A stretch of DNA of 64,000 nucleotides from Patescibacteria group bacterium (GTDB lineage Bacteria; Patescibacteriota; Microgenomatia; UBA1400; MFAQ01): assembly GCA_943355005.1 (NCBI GenBank), contig CALRDV010000001.1, forward strand, positions 178,059 through 242,058, given 5' to 3'. Under the pieces are notes generated by a model. It made no database searches. It had not been told where the DNA came from and saw nothing but the letters and a program-made list of their open reading frames with translations. The position numbers and the translations under genes were made by a program. Below, piece after piece: positions 39,971 to 50,900 of the stretch; the stretch's first letter is position 1, and every line of letters begins with the position of its first letter.

Positions 39971-42079
39971 AAAATAACTCTAACACAAGAGTTGTTTTGT
40001 GGTACTTTACTTATCTTACGAAAGTTATTCTATAATCCACCCATGGAAACTTACTCAAGAAAAAGAACTCCTGAAATGGCGCTTGCTTTGGTAGACTACA
40101 TCCCTGTAGCTAATTTAAGAGGAGAAATAAGACAAGAGCTCAGAGAACATCCAAATTTTGTTCTAATCGGGGAGACGGGGTCGGGAAAGACTACCTGCCT
40201 GGGTCCACTACTTATAGAACTAAGAGACGAACTAAAGCTCAAAGGTAAGGTCGGTATCACTCAACCAAGAAGAATTGCTACCACTTCAGTTTCTGACAGA
40301 GTTTCCGACATGATGGATAGTGATGTAGGTGGTCGCATTGGTTACCATGTTCGTTATGACGACAACACTTCAAGCGAGACAGATCTGACATTTATGACCG
40401 ACGGTATTTTGCTAAAAAAGATTCAATACGATCCACTACTGGAAGAATTCGCAATTATCATGATCGACGAAGCTCACGAAAGAAGCTTAAATATAGATCT
40501 TTGCCTGGGACTACTCAAATTGGTGAACGAATCCCGTGCTCGTCTAGGTATAAACCCAATTAGAATAATTGTTTCTTCAGCCACCATAGATCGTAACCTC
40601 TTTGCAGACTACATTGGTTATGGTGATAAAACAAACTCAGTTGAGATTCAGGGTCAAATGTTCCCAGTCAAGGTTTTCTACGAAAAAGAAGAACTGCAAA
40701 TATCCGACTACCCTATGGCAGCAGCCAAGAAAATCGAACAAATATTGAATTCTGGCTCCCAGGGTGACATTCTCATTTTTATGCCAGGAAAAAAAGAGAT
40801 CGATCAAACAACTGAAAGCATCCTAAATGAAGTTGATTGCTCTGATATAGAAATTCTTCAGCTACACTCCGAGTTATCTCCGGAAGAACAAAACAAAATT
40901 TTCTTACCTTCGCAAAAAAGAAAGATCATCGTTTCTACAAATATAGCCGAAACTTCAGTTACTATCGACGGTATCATTCATGTTATTGACTCCGGTTTGG
41001 TTAAACAAATCCAGTTTGACCCCAGAACCGGTATTGATCAGCTGGTCTTAGTTGAGCATGCTATCAGTGGTATCAGCCAAAGAATGGGCAGAGCCGGTAG
41101 AACAGCACCGGGATTTTGTCACCGTCTTTTTACAGAAAAAAGTCTTAGCAGAAGACAAGAATTCCAAACCCCGGAAATTCAAAGGTCAAATTTATCTCAA
41201 GTAATTCTTGCTATGAAAAAGGTTGGTATAGAAGACATTGAGAGTTTTGACTTTATACAGCAACCTGATCGTGAATCTATCGACCATGCCATCGATCTCC
41301 TGACTAAACTAGGTGCTCTAGATGAACATGGTGATATAACGGAAATTGGAGAATTTATGGTCGAGCTTAGTATAGAGCCAAAGCTGGCTCGGATGATTAT
41401 CGAAGCTTCTGATCCTAGTAGTAACTGTTTAAATGAAATCTGTATTCTGGCTTCCTTCTTGGACGGTAAAAACGTGTTTGTCCGTCCTAGTGATCCATTT
41501 TTAGCCAATATAGTAGACAATATCCACGCTCGGTTCAAAACCAACAAAGAGTCAGACTTCCTTACCTATCTAAATGTATGGCAAGGCTACGTCCAAAGTG
41601 GTTACAGCGAAAGTTGGGCTCAAGCAAACTATCTCAACGAAAAAGTACTGGAAGAAGCCGTAAGAGTAAGAGAAGAACTTTTAAACGTTCTCTCGCTCAA
41701 GGGAATCAGCATTGATTCAAGAGCTAGACCAAAGATGAACGTTGATGCTATCGGCAGAGTTCTTGCTGTAGGTATGATAGATAGCATTCTTCGCAACACC
41801 AAAAGTGGTTTTAAGAAAATCGATAACACCAAAAGTGAAATTTTTATTCATCCATCTTCTGTTTTGGGTAGAGTAAATTTTAGAGAGGGTGACTATATTT
41901 TATCGGCAGATATCTTCATGGATGCTTATGGAAAAACTCACGCTTCAAGCTGTATGTATCTCAAACAGGAGTGGATTAGAGATTTAATTCCGCAATCAAA
42001 CAGATACTCCGAAAAAAGCCACAAACACGCTCATAAAAAGTCGCGTAATATCTACAGGAATTCCAGAAAACGAAGATAA
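39962..42079 (+). CDS. DEAH-box ATP-dependent helicase, HrpB/HrpA family
   Basis: Motif I 'LIGETGSGKTT', motif II 'IMIDEAHERS', 'SSATID' and motif VI 'QRMGRAGRT'. An HA2-like C-terminal region follows. Confidence 0.85.
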   Translation: MLHKITLTQELFCGTLLILRKLFYNPPMETYSRKRTPEMALALVDYIPVANLRGEIRQELREHPNFVLIGETGSGKTTCLGPLLIELRDELKLKGKVGITQPRRIATTSVSDRVSDMMDSDVGGRIGYHVRYDDNTSSETDLTFMTDGILLKKIQYDPLLEEFAIIMIDEAHERSLNIDLCLGLLKLVNESRARLGINPIRIIVSSATIDRNLFADYIGYGDKTNSVEIQGQMFPVKVFYEKEELQISDYPMAAAKKIEQILNSGSQGDILIFMPGKKEIDQTTESILNEVDCSDIEILQLHSELSPEEQNKIFLPSQKRKIIVSTNIAETSVTIDGIIHVIDSGLVKQIQFDPRTGIDQLVLVEHAISGISQRMGRAGRTAPGFCHRLFTEKSLSRRQEFQTPEIQRSNLSQVILAMKKVGIEDIESFDFIQQPDRESIDHAIDLLTKLGALDEHGDITEIGEFMVELSIEPKLARMIIEASDPSSNCLNEICILASFLDGKNVFVRPSDPFLANIVDNIHARFKTNKESDFLTYLNVWQGYVQSGYSESWAQANYLNEKVLEEAVRVREELLNVLSLKGISIDSRARPKMNVDAIGRVLAVGMIDSILRNTKSGFKKIDNTKSEIFIHPSSVLGRVNFREGDYILSADIFMDAYGKTHASSCMYLKQEWIRDLIPQSNRYSEKSHKHAHKKSRNIYRNSRKRR

Positions 42080-42128
42080 AAATAAGACTGGATTATTATC
42101 CAAAACCTCAGTCACATCTAGCCACCAT

Positions 42129-42695
42129 CTAATTTACTTTTACGAAACCAACATACCCCGGTATATGTGTTTTGCCAGAGAGTGCCGCAGCAATACTTCG
42201 ATGAGAACCATCATCAGAGTCAACTGGAAGAACCTGGAGAGATAAGTCTTTGCGAATTTCTCCTCCCTGATACACTATTGGTGGAAAGTAACTAGTAATA
42301 ATATCGGGGTATCGAGAAATGACCTTAATGCGCCTGATAGAGTCAGAGTCAACATTGGGGTTACATTTTATCTTCGACGCAACATCGACTACTGACATCG
42401 AGCACCATTCTTCTGGTAAATCACCTGTAGCGTACCAGGGGGCAAGGTACTTTAGTTCTATAGATTTGAAAACCCATGAGTGTTTTTGGTACAACTCAAA
42501 TCTCCACATCTCAGTAGGCAAGAGTGTATACAGTTGATCCAAAGTCAAATGATCAATTTTTGATTTTTGAATTTCAAACTTCTTAACCAAGTCGTCAGTA
42601 GAATCGTCCAAAGATATCTCATCTTTTATCAAATTAGATTTTACAAAAGAACAAATTACCTCAATTGGATCTACAATTTGATCAAAATTCTGCAT
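42129..42695 (-). CDS. hypothetical protein (188 aa)
   Basis: Intact ORF. Confidence 0.45.
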   Translation of the reverse strand: MQNFDQIVDPIEVICSFVKSNLIKDEISLDDSTDDLVKKFEIQKSKIDHLTLDQLYTLLPTEMWRFELYQKHSWVFKSIELKYLAPWYATGDLPEEWCSMSVVDVASKIKCNPNVDSDSIRRIKVISRYPDIITSYFPPIVYQGGEIRKDLSLQVLPVDSDDGSHRSIAAALSGKTHIPGYVGFVKVN

Positions 42696-42798
42696 AGCAA
42701 TTCCAAGTATACAAAACCTACACTAGTTTAGGTAATCACATTCGCTGCTGACCTGGGGTCGCTGATATAGAATCAATATATACTGACAAAAGAACAAA

Positions 42799-43269
42799 AT
42801 GGAAGTAAAACCGGAAACCGAAAAACCAGAAACAATTAGAGAAAAAGTCGATAGGATAATAAATAATCCGATGTCGGAAGCTGATTTCAATCAGCAAGCC
42901 AAGTTAGGAAAAACGGCCGAAAGAGGAACTGTTGTGTTCATGAATAAAAATGAATTTGTCGATGCCTTAAAGTATGCCCAAATAAGATTACCGTGGTTGT
43001 CAAATGAGTGGGTGGACTACACTATAGAGCACGAAGATGAGCATATTGATGAGGCGAGAAAAAGACTTGGAGACAGGGCAGTATACAAATACAAACTTCA
43101 AGCCATACTAATGAATAATGGAAATCTAGGTATAGCAGGAGGGTTCGAAGTCGTGGCTAAATTTATACTTCAGTCAACAATGGACGAACATGCAGTAAAA
43201 ATTGTAAAAGCACCAAAAGAATTATCAGAGTCAGATAAAATAGCAACGGGCGTTGTCATATATGATTAG
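42799..43269 (+). CDS. hypothetical protein (156 aa)
   Basis: Intact ORF. Confidence 0.45.
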   Translation: MEVKPETEKPETIREKVDRIINNPMSEADFNQQAKLGKTAERGTVVFMNKNEFVDALKYAQIRLPWLSNEWVDYTIEHEDEHIDEARKRLGDRAVYKYKLQAILMNNGNLGIAGGFEVVAKFILQSTMDEHAVKIVKAPKELSESDKIATGVVIYD

Positions 43270-43414
43270 TAATAAAAGCTTGTGAGCCATCTGGGACTGG
43301 CACACTTTCGTCGCTATAACTGTCTCATACTTGAGGCTAAATAAGACAAATGAGACAGTATAAAAGGGCAAGGCGAATCGAGAACAATGATATAGATTGA
43401 TATAGTAAAAAGGT

Positions 43415-44206
43415 TTACTCTAATTCCTTAGTTGCAGATTTTAGCTCATTCGCCAGATCCTCGATAGTTACTTGATATTCATATTTGAAATGTCTCTGGT
43501 ACTCATCTGCAACAAGAATTATCATGTTTACAGCAGATACTAAAGCAAGACCGGCATGTTCGGCATTAGGACCGTGATTTGTAATTATCTTGCCGCCGAT
43601 ATCCTTAAAATATCTATTCATTGACCTCGGAGTACTGTGTATAAGTTGAGATTGTAGGTCAAAGGCAGTCTTATAATAATGGTCTAATTTTAACGACCCA
43701 AGATACTCAGATTGTTTATTCTTATCGAACCAATTATCCTTAAACCACTTTCCATATCTCTCAACCAGTTCATTGGCTGAGTTAATTATCTTATCAATAT
43801 CTTCATCGCCTTCTTTAGGATTAGCGATTCTGTCTTTAAACACTTCACTAAAGTTTTGGTTGTCTTTTACTTTTTTATACAGTTTAGATCTCTGCACCTC
43901 ATCAAAATTAAAATACTGGAGAGCCATTTCTTCACTGTCATCCTTGGTACATAGTTTGACCAACAAACATATATCAAACAAGGTTCTCGCTAGCATTTCC
44001 GCGTCTTCAATAAGCCCTTTGTTTATAAGCAAGAGAATTGCTCCATGTGTTTTGTAAGCTTTTATCAGTGAAAACAATACAACTCCGTCTCTCGGTGTGT
44101 TTACATCCGGATGCATATTTATCAGTTCGAGCGACACCCTCCTTAATCTCTCATTAAGTCTAATTAGTTTTATGCTGTTTAGCCTGATTGATGTTCCTAT
44201 TTTCAT
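43415..44206 (-). CDS. hypothetical protein (263 aa)
   Basis: Intact ORF. Confidence 0.5.
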   Translation of the reverse strand: MKIGTSIRLNSIKLIRLNERLRRVSLELINMHPDVNTPRDGVVLFSLIKAYKTHGAILLLINKGLIEDAEMLARTLFDICLLVKLCTKDDSEEMALQYFNFDEVQRSKLYKKVKDNQNFSEVFKDRIANPKEGDEDIDKIINSANELVERYGKWFKDNWFDKNKQSEYLGSLKLDHYYKTAFDLQSQLIHSTPRSMNRYFKDIGGKIITNHGPNAEHAGLALVSAVNMIILVADEYQRHFKYEYQVTIEDLANELKSATKELE

Positions 44207-44218
44207 TGCAATAAGTTT

Positions 44219-44845
44219 CTACCCAACCTTAATTTCTAATTTTCCCTTCTTCTCCTTATATATCTCCTCGAACATTTTCATAGTTAACTCAGTTGCCTCC
44301 GGAACCATCTTGTTAAAATAACCAGTTACAGTTTTCATCTTGCCATCATCTTCAATTCTGTATGTATGGTTAGGTTTGATTCTGGTAAAAGTCGGGTATT
44401 GTGTCGGAACAAATGTGTCTCGAACAAAGTCCATGGTCGCCAGAAGCCCAACTACTTGATAATAGTGCTTGGAATTACCGTTTCCCTTCTTAATCGGAAA
44501 ATCAAAATCTAGCCGGCCATGATTAGTCCAAAACTGGACAAATTTCTCTCCTTTGGAAATAACAATATACATACATCCTCTCAATGCTTGTTCCAGGGCA
44601 TACTTTATATATTTCTTCTCGTCCTTTTTCCTTTTATATCCATCTATCTTGTTCTGGATATTTTCTACAAAATCATCATGATCTTGAAGGAGAATCCTAA
44701 TTTGACTGCCTTCCTTTTGAAACAAGAAGTGTTTCCTCTCAAATTCTCCCCAGAATACATAGTTTTTCACCCTGTAGTACTGGTTTAATAGCCAATAGGC
44801 ACCTCTATAGAAATACTTCTTAAAATTATCCATTATCTGCTTCAT
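44219..44845 (-). CDS. hypothetical protein, paralog of 16528..17145
   Basis: See 16528..17145. The nucleotide stretch 'cttatatatctcctc(a/g)aacat(c/t)ttcat' is shared between the two loci. Confidence 0.6.
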   Translation of the reverse strand: MKQIMDNFKKYFYRGAYWLLNQYYRVKNYVFWGEFERKHFLFQKEGSQIRILLQDHDDFVENIQNKIDGYKRKKDEKKYIKYALEQALRGCMYIVISKGEKFVQFWTNHGRLDFDFPIKKGNGNSKHYYQVVGLLATMDFVRDTFVPTQYPTFTRIKPNHTYRIEDDGKMKTVTGYFNKMVPEATELTMKMFEEIYKEKKGKLEIKVG

Positions 44846-44888
44846 ATCTTACTCTCAGCTTCAACAAACCTCTAGTATTTTTATCTAT
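44843..44888. repeat. Leader repeat copy A (catatcttac...aacaaacctctagtatttt)
   Basis: About 40-bp imperfect direct repeat of 45955..46004. It lies immediately 5' of the start codon of the minus-strand gene. Confidence 0.6.
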
Positions 44889-45963
44889 AAACAGATAGTT
44901 TTTCCACTTTCCCGTATGCAGGTATGAAAATAAATTCATCTTCATTGGATAGTTCAAACGCGTCGTCAGTTCCCAATAAATCAGCTTGTGAAGTAGAAAA
45001 CGTCTTGAAAATGATTTTGGTAGGAAATGAGGTAAGCAATTTAGAATATTTTCTTTCCATAGTCAGGGGAGAACTTACTATTAAGTGAATCCCAGCCAAG
45101 TGGCCAGAAGACATTAATCTCTCCATGCGATAAAAAACGGCGTCATCAATAGAGAAAATTTTATTTATTCCACTCACCACACATACAATTTCAGGTAAGG
45201 AGGCTCCATCAAGCTCATTATATTTTTTCAAGCTATTAACACTGCATTCTTGAAACATCTTAAGTCTTCTTTCGATTTCCATTATTACCCAACCCAAAGC
45301 GTTTTCGACCTTCGACTGATCCAGGATAACTGGAGTAAGTAAATGCTCGCTTCCATTGAAGTCAGCAAGTAATCTAGTGTCATCACTCACGATCAGCTTT
45401 AACCTATCCGGACTATATGTATTTACCAAAAAGTCGAGTTGGGATCTAAGTAGTCCAATAGAGTTACTTAGGGGACTGTTAAACACATAGATATGTCCAA
45501 GCTCTTCGATTGAAGCAGAAACCATTCTCCTCTTATCAATACCAATTGGAACCCGGACCTCATTCAAATCAGCAACTTCTTTCTGAAGTTCGGACAACAA
45601 CAGGTTTGACAGTTTCTTTGGCTGCCATTCTTTTTTGATATCTTCTGGATAAACCTCCTCTGGTCCGACATCCACACCCTTATTTTTCATGTAATCTTCA
45701 AATGAATTTATAATTACTTCTCTAGGTTTATTTCCTTCGGAAGCAGAGATAATCCCTGCCTGTTCTAGTTGGTCTAGCATTCGGGCAGCTCTGGCATAAC
45801 CAACCTCCAATCGTCTTTGAATTAGAGAGGCTGATCCAATTCTGTTTTCTATTACTAGTCTTGCTGCCTGCTCAAACAGCTCATCTACATCCACCATATC
45901 CGACATTTCATGCTTAACATGGAACTTTCCATCGTTTGCAAGAATATATTTAGTCATATCCAT
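44881..45963 (-). CDS. FtsK-gamma-like winged-helix domain fused to degenerate FtsK/ATPase-like region
   Basis: N-terminal 'SASLIQRRLEVGYARAARMLDQLEQAGIIS' matches the FtsK gamma domain. The downstream region resembles the FtsK motor C-terminus ('HLIVSSPLTME'), but no Walker A GxxGxGKS/T is present. Confidence 0.6.
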   Translation of the reverse strand: MDMTKYILANDGKFHVKHEMSDMVDVDELFEQAARLVIENRIGSASLIQRRLEVGYARAARMLDQLEQAGIISASEGNKPREVIINSFEDYMKNKGVDVGPEEVYPEDIKKEWQPKKLSNLLLSELQKEVADLNEVRVPIGIDKRRMVSASIEELGHIYVFNSPLSNSIGLLRSQLDFLVNTYSPDRLKLIVSDDTRLLADFNGSEHLLTPVILDQSKVENALGWVIMEIERRLKMFQECSVNSLKKYNELDGASLPEIVCVVSGINKIFSIDDAVFYRMERLMSSGHLAGIHLIVSSPLTMERKYSKLLTSFPTKIIFKTFSTSQADLLGTDDAFELSNEDEFIFIPAYGKVEKLSVYR

Positions 45964-46004
45964 ATCTTACACTTCAAGCTCAACAAACCTCTAGTATTTT
46001 ATTA
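45955..46004. repeat. Leader repeat copy B
   Basis: Matches 44843..44888, with 10 of 10 then 19 of 19 identical positions around a short indel. A shorter copy 'catatcttacactt' is at 17143..17156. Confidence 0.6.
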
Positions 46005-46027
46005 AATATTGTTTCACAATAGCCTTA

Positions 46028-47056
46028 ATGGCTAACACTATAAATAAAGACAAAGATACTATTGAGTCATCAAGAAAATTTTTTGCTCAATTATGGGTAA
46101 AGATCATTCGATGGTTGTTTGGAATCATCTTCATTGGATCCTCAATCGCCACATACGAAACCTTTATTCCTGGATCAATTATCTATCTCGCTCTTGGTAT
46201 TCTTTGTATTCCTCCACTTTGGAACATCTTTAGGCCAAAAATCATCCAACTTTGGAAGGTCATTAAGTCATTACCGTTTTCAAGTATTGCTAATCCAATA
46301 ACAAAACCGCTATCCAGCATTTCCCCCAATCTGATATTTATCGGTGCAATTGTTCTGGCAAGCACGATTATTTGGTCGACTGCATTCTCCAAAAAAGAAA
46401 TAAAGACATTTAAAAACTCCGTGTCAGTCACCGGTGTCGCAACAAAGAACGTCACCTCAGACAAAGCTCTCTGGAGAATAGGCATATCCAGAAAGAGCTT
46501 AGATCGATCAAAGAATCTTCAGTTACTAAAATCAGACGAGCAAGACTTACGTGAATATGTTGCTGGACTTGGGTTTGAGAAAAATGAGATATCAGAATCA
46601 CAATTCAATGTCGCTACGGTATATAAGGAGAAAGAAAGTGGCTATGGTACAACCAACGTGATTGAAAACTACACCTCAACCGTCAGTATCTTCGTTACCA
46701 CCAACAAAGTGTATAAAGTAGGTGAGGGTGTAAATAAACTTAGGTTATTTGTCGAGGACAAAGGAATTGATCTTTCTGATAATAGAGCGGAATATACATA
46801 CTCTGCCTTTGAAACGGAGAAAATTCCATTACTTGAAAAAGCAGTCGCAGATGCCCAGCTAAGAGCCAACGCTCTGGTAAGTTCGACCACGGGGGTGTCA
46901 AAGACATCAATCGGTAAAGTTTTAAGTGCACAGCAAGGGGTGTTCCAGGTTAATAGCGCCAACGACCTAAGCGTGTCGGATTATGGTGATTTTGATCTAA
47001 CTTCAATTGATAAAACCATCAGGGCTACCGTAAAAGTTGAGTTTGGGACTGAATAG
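46028..47056 (+). CDS. membrane-anchored protein, possible SIMPL/DUF541-like C-terminal domain
   Basis: Three or four N-terminal TM helices. The C-terminal soluble domain has SIMPL-like topology. Weak assignment. Confidence 0.4.
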   Translation: MANTINKDKDTIESSRKFFAQLWVKIIRWLFGIIFIGSSIATYETFIPGSIIYLALGILCIPPLWNIFRPKIIQLWKVIKSLPFSSIANPITKPLSSISPNLIFIGAIVLASTIIWSTAFSKKEIKTFKNSVSVTGVATKNVTSDKALWRIGISRKSLDRSKNLQLLKSDEQDLREYVAGLGFEKNEISESQFNVATVYKEKESGYGTTNVIENYTSTVSIFVTTNKVYKVGEGVNKLRLFVEDKGIDLSDNRAEYTYSAFETEKIPLLEKAVADAQLRANALVSSTTGVSKTSIGKVLSAQQGVFQVNSANDLSVSDYGDFDLTSIDKTIRATVKVEFGTE

Positions 47057-47061
47057 CACAA

Positions 47062-47835
47062 CTAGTCAACTGGTCTCTTTTTTAAATCAAGATAAAACAC
47101 CACGAATTTGTCAGGTCTCTTTCCGTTTTTGAATGGCCTATTTTCTTGGGTGATTATTTTCTTCTGGTCTTTGATTAGTTGCTTTTTTGAGAATTTGTAT
47201 TTCTCCAATACTCCATTAAGTTCAAAAAGTTTGCGGGATGCTGCATCGTTATCATTGAGTACACATCTGATCATGGACAATAGAGATAGAGATAGTTCGT
47301 CAGCTTTACGACAAGAATCCCTTAAGATTGGTAAAAATGTTAAGTAAGTTGAAATACCACTAAAATTAATTTGTCCTTGTTTCGCTTCGCTCTTTATACT
47401 TTCTGTAATTCCTTCAAGATAGTGAAGGTCACTATTTATGCTTTCCACCAAGGTATAAAGCTCAGAATACTTATTGATGAAATTTATATCAAGCATATTG
47501 ATGCCCAAATTAGAACTTAAATCTAATTTGTAAGTTCTAAGAATGACTCTTGTTGTGTTTTCATCACATCCAGAAATAGTTTCATCGAGAGTCTTAAGAT
47601 CACGTCCAATATTAAGCCTAAGAGGGATTATTTCGTGTTCAACTTGAACTAAAGTGTTTCGATGTAAAAGATATCTCTCTGTTCTTTTCTCTCTGGTTCT
47701 GCCTTGAGAATCAAGATAATAAGTGACAAGGGCTGCAGCAATTCCTCCAAAAGAGGATATCAAAACATTAGCTACGTTATTTAATGCTGGCTCGGGAGGT
47801 TGAAATGGTTGAAGTTGATATAGTATTTCGTGCAC
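47062..47835 (-). CDS. hypothetical protein (257 aa) with N-terminal TM
   Basis: Intact ORF. 'VLISSFGGIAAALVTYY' is a TM segment. Confidence 0.5.
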   Translation of the reverse strand: MHEILYQLQPFQPPEPALNNVANVLISSFGGIAAALVTYYLDSQGRTREKRTERYLLHRNTLVQVEHEIIPLRLNIGRDLKTLDETISGCDENTTRVILRTYKLDLSSNLGINMLDINFINKYSELYTLVESINSDLHYLEGITESIKSEAKQGQINFSGISTYLTFLPILRDSCRKADELSLSLLSMIRCVLNDNDAASRKLFELNGVLEKYKFSKKQLIKDQKKIITQENRPFKNGKRPDKFVVFYLDLKKRPVD

Positions 47836-47917
47836 GTCACCGTATTATATTGCAATTACAAATAACAATATTTATATTATGACCAATCGAGGGTAACATT
47901 AGAGTAAAATTAACTAA

Positions 47918-50900
47918 ATGTCCATCATAGATAATCAATCTCAAACAATGCTAGAAGCTCTTAGGAATGCCCTGTCGATATCCGATAGGGTAGACATTCA
48001 GGTTGGATATTTTTATTTTTCCGGGTTTGAGCTCCTTGCTGAAGAACTAAAAGACAAAAAGGTCAGGATTTTGGTTGGTAAACAAATTGATCCGAATGCG
48101 GTTCCAAAAATTATCGCCATGCAACAAAAGACAGGGAAACCTGTGGATCTAGATAGATTTCAACCACAAGAATCACATTCGTCTCGATCAGCTCAAAAAG
48201 CTGATTATTTCGAAGGATTTACCAGACTCTTTAATGAAACATCCGTATTTGATGAGCCAAGATCGCAGGACGCCTATAAAACCTTTGAACAGAAAATTAT
48301 AGACGGATCCCTTGAAATTAAACTAACCAACACTGATGAACACGGAAAAATGTATTTAGTTCATAACAAAAGTGAAACCAATCAAGGAGGAGATGCACCC
48401 GGAACTATATTTATTGGGTCAAGCAACCTGACATACAATGGACTCTTGGATCAAGGAGAACTGAATAGTGTAAACAGAGAAAAGTCACAATTTTTAGAAG
48501 GTCTCCAAAAATTTGAGGCTATGTGGTCTGACTCTGACAATATTGATGTTGCGACCATAGATAATCAGTCTGAATTCAAGGATGTTATTAGGAAACTATG
48601 GATTAATGCTGTGGAGCGTCCCTACTTAATGTATATTAGAGTTCTTCACGAGCTATTTGGACAAGACAAAGACACCGAGATAAAAACCCCATCAAAGATC
48701 ACTGGAGAATCATTTATAGATTTGGAGTATCAACTTGATGCCATTAAAATGGGCATAAATAAAATTGAACAGTACGGTGGTGTGATAATCGCCGATGTTG
48801 TTGGACTGGGAAAAAGTATTATTGCGTCCACAATTGCCTACAATATTGCTCACAAAGATAACATCAATGTCATCATCATTTGTCCACCGCATTTGATATC
48901 ACAATGGGAAGATTATCAAGCAAACTTCCACTTACCAGGAACAAAGATATTCAGCTCAGGAAAAATTGAAGAAGCTTACAACTGGTGTTTTAATCAGCAG
49001 TCTGGTCCAGCAATAATTGTCATTGATGAGGCGCACAGATACAGAAATGAGTTAACCGATGACTACATGCTTCTTCACCAGCTTGTAAGAAGTAATAAGG
49101 ATAACAAGGTTGTTGTTTTGACGGCTACGCCATTCAACAATGATCCTAAGGATGTTTTTGCCTTAGTCAAACTTTTTCAAACTCCAGGGCAGTCAACGAT
49201 CAAATCTGTTGACAACCTTTCAATCAGATTCAGAGAATTAATACAAAGATACAAGGAGCTAAGAAATGCCATGAGGGGTAACAAGCTGTCTGAAGAAGAA
49301 GTTGAGGTAGAGGCAAAAGATATTTCAAGGGAGTTAAAAAGATTAATAGAGCCAATCATTATTCGTCGTTCAAGACTTGATCTCAAGAGAATTTCAAGAT
49401 ATCGAAACAACTTAATCAAACAAGGCATAGAATTCGCAGAAATTGACGGTCCTACTCTACTTGAGTATGACCTTGAGGATTTGTTCGGATTGTATGTAAC
49501 AACTCTTGAAAAAATTACCGACGAAGAAAATGGGTTTATAGGTGCGCGTTACAAACCAGTCACATATCTGTCAGAAGAAAGCAGAGAAGAATTTGTGAAA
49601 AAATATGGAAATCAAATAGACGTCGACCTTGTAACAGCACAAACTAACCTTGCAAAGTTCATGAAACGATTGCTTGTGATGCGGTTCGAAAGTTCCAAAC
49701 AAGCCTTTGGAATTACCCTTCAGAATATGATCGATTCCAACCTCTTCATTTCCAAGTGGTATCACGAAAAAGGCCAAATTCCGGTATTGAAAAAAGGTCG
49801 GATTCCAGATCCGGATTCATATGAAATAGACACCGATGACAATATCTCAGAAGAGCTTACAGAACAGCTCGAAGACCAACCAACATCAAAACATAAATTG
49901 ATCTTTGTCGACAGAAATTGGATTAGCCCATCTTTTATTAAGGAGGTTGAGGCAGATACTCAGTTACTTCAACAAATTAAATCAGATTGGTTCGAAGATC
50001 CAAAAGTAAAAGACTTTGATCCCAAGCTCGACAATCTAACAGAGAAAATAAAGGACTTGCTTAATGAAAATCCGGATAAAAAAATAATCATTTTCTCTGC
50101 ATACGCAGATACCGTGGACTATGTTGGAGAGCAACTGAAGAAGAAAGGATTCATGAGAACATTTAAATATACGGCCGCAGATGCCTCAAAGAGTTATCGT
50201 GAAGAGTTAAAACATAATTTCGACGCAGGAATTAGGGAAGAGTTGCAAAAAAATGACTACGACATATTGGTGGCCACGGATGCTCTTAGTGAAGGATACA
50301 ATTTGCATCGGGCCGGAATTATCTTTAATTATGATATTCCATTCAATCCAACAAGAGTCATTCAAAGAATTGGACGTATCAATCGTATCAACAAGAAGGT
50401 CTTTGATAGATTGCATATATATAATTTCTTCCCGACCAGTATCGGTGAAGATGTGACCAGAATAAAACAAATTTCTATGTTGAAAATGAGTTTAATTAAT
50501 TCGGTTGTGGGAAGTGACACGAAAACATTGACTGACACCGAAGAATTAAAAACATTCCAAGAAGACAAGGATGTAGAAAAACTGCTAAAGGCACAATTAA
50601 AACAGGCAACAGACGAAGCAGAAGAAGAGTCTTGGGATGCAATTCACAGGGATAGATATGATCAAACACCAGATGACGTTATAGATAAAGCAAAAACTGT
50701 TAGACCAAGAAGCAGAGTTATTCGCAAAGGCCAAACAGAGGAAATTGCGATAGCATACGGTAAAAGAGGAGATCATTCAGTATTTGCGATCAAGCATGAC
50801 ACCGAAGATCCGATTATTGTTTCAGCAGAACAAGTTCTGCCTTTTTTTGTTGCCAGAGAGGATGAGGAGGGCTATGCACCAGACAGTGAATACAATAAAT

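Noticed and set aside
43269-43415. Inverted repeat ctgtctcat...atgagacag between convergent genes as a terminator
   Set aside because: The loop is about 21 nt and there is no adjacent T-run. Too weak to call a terminator.
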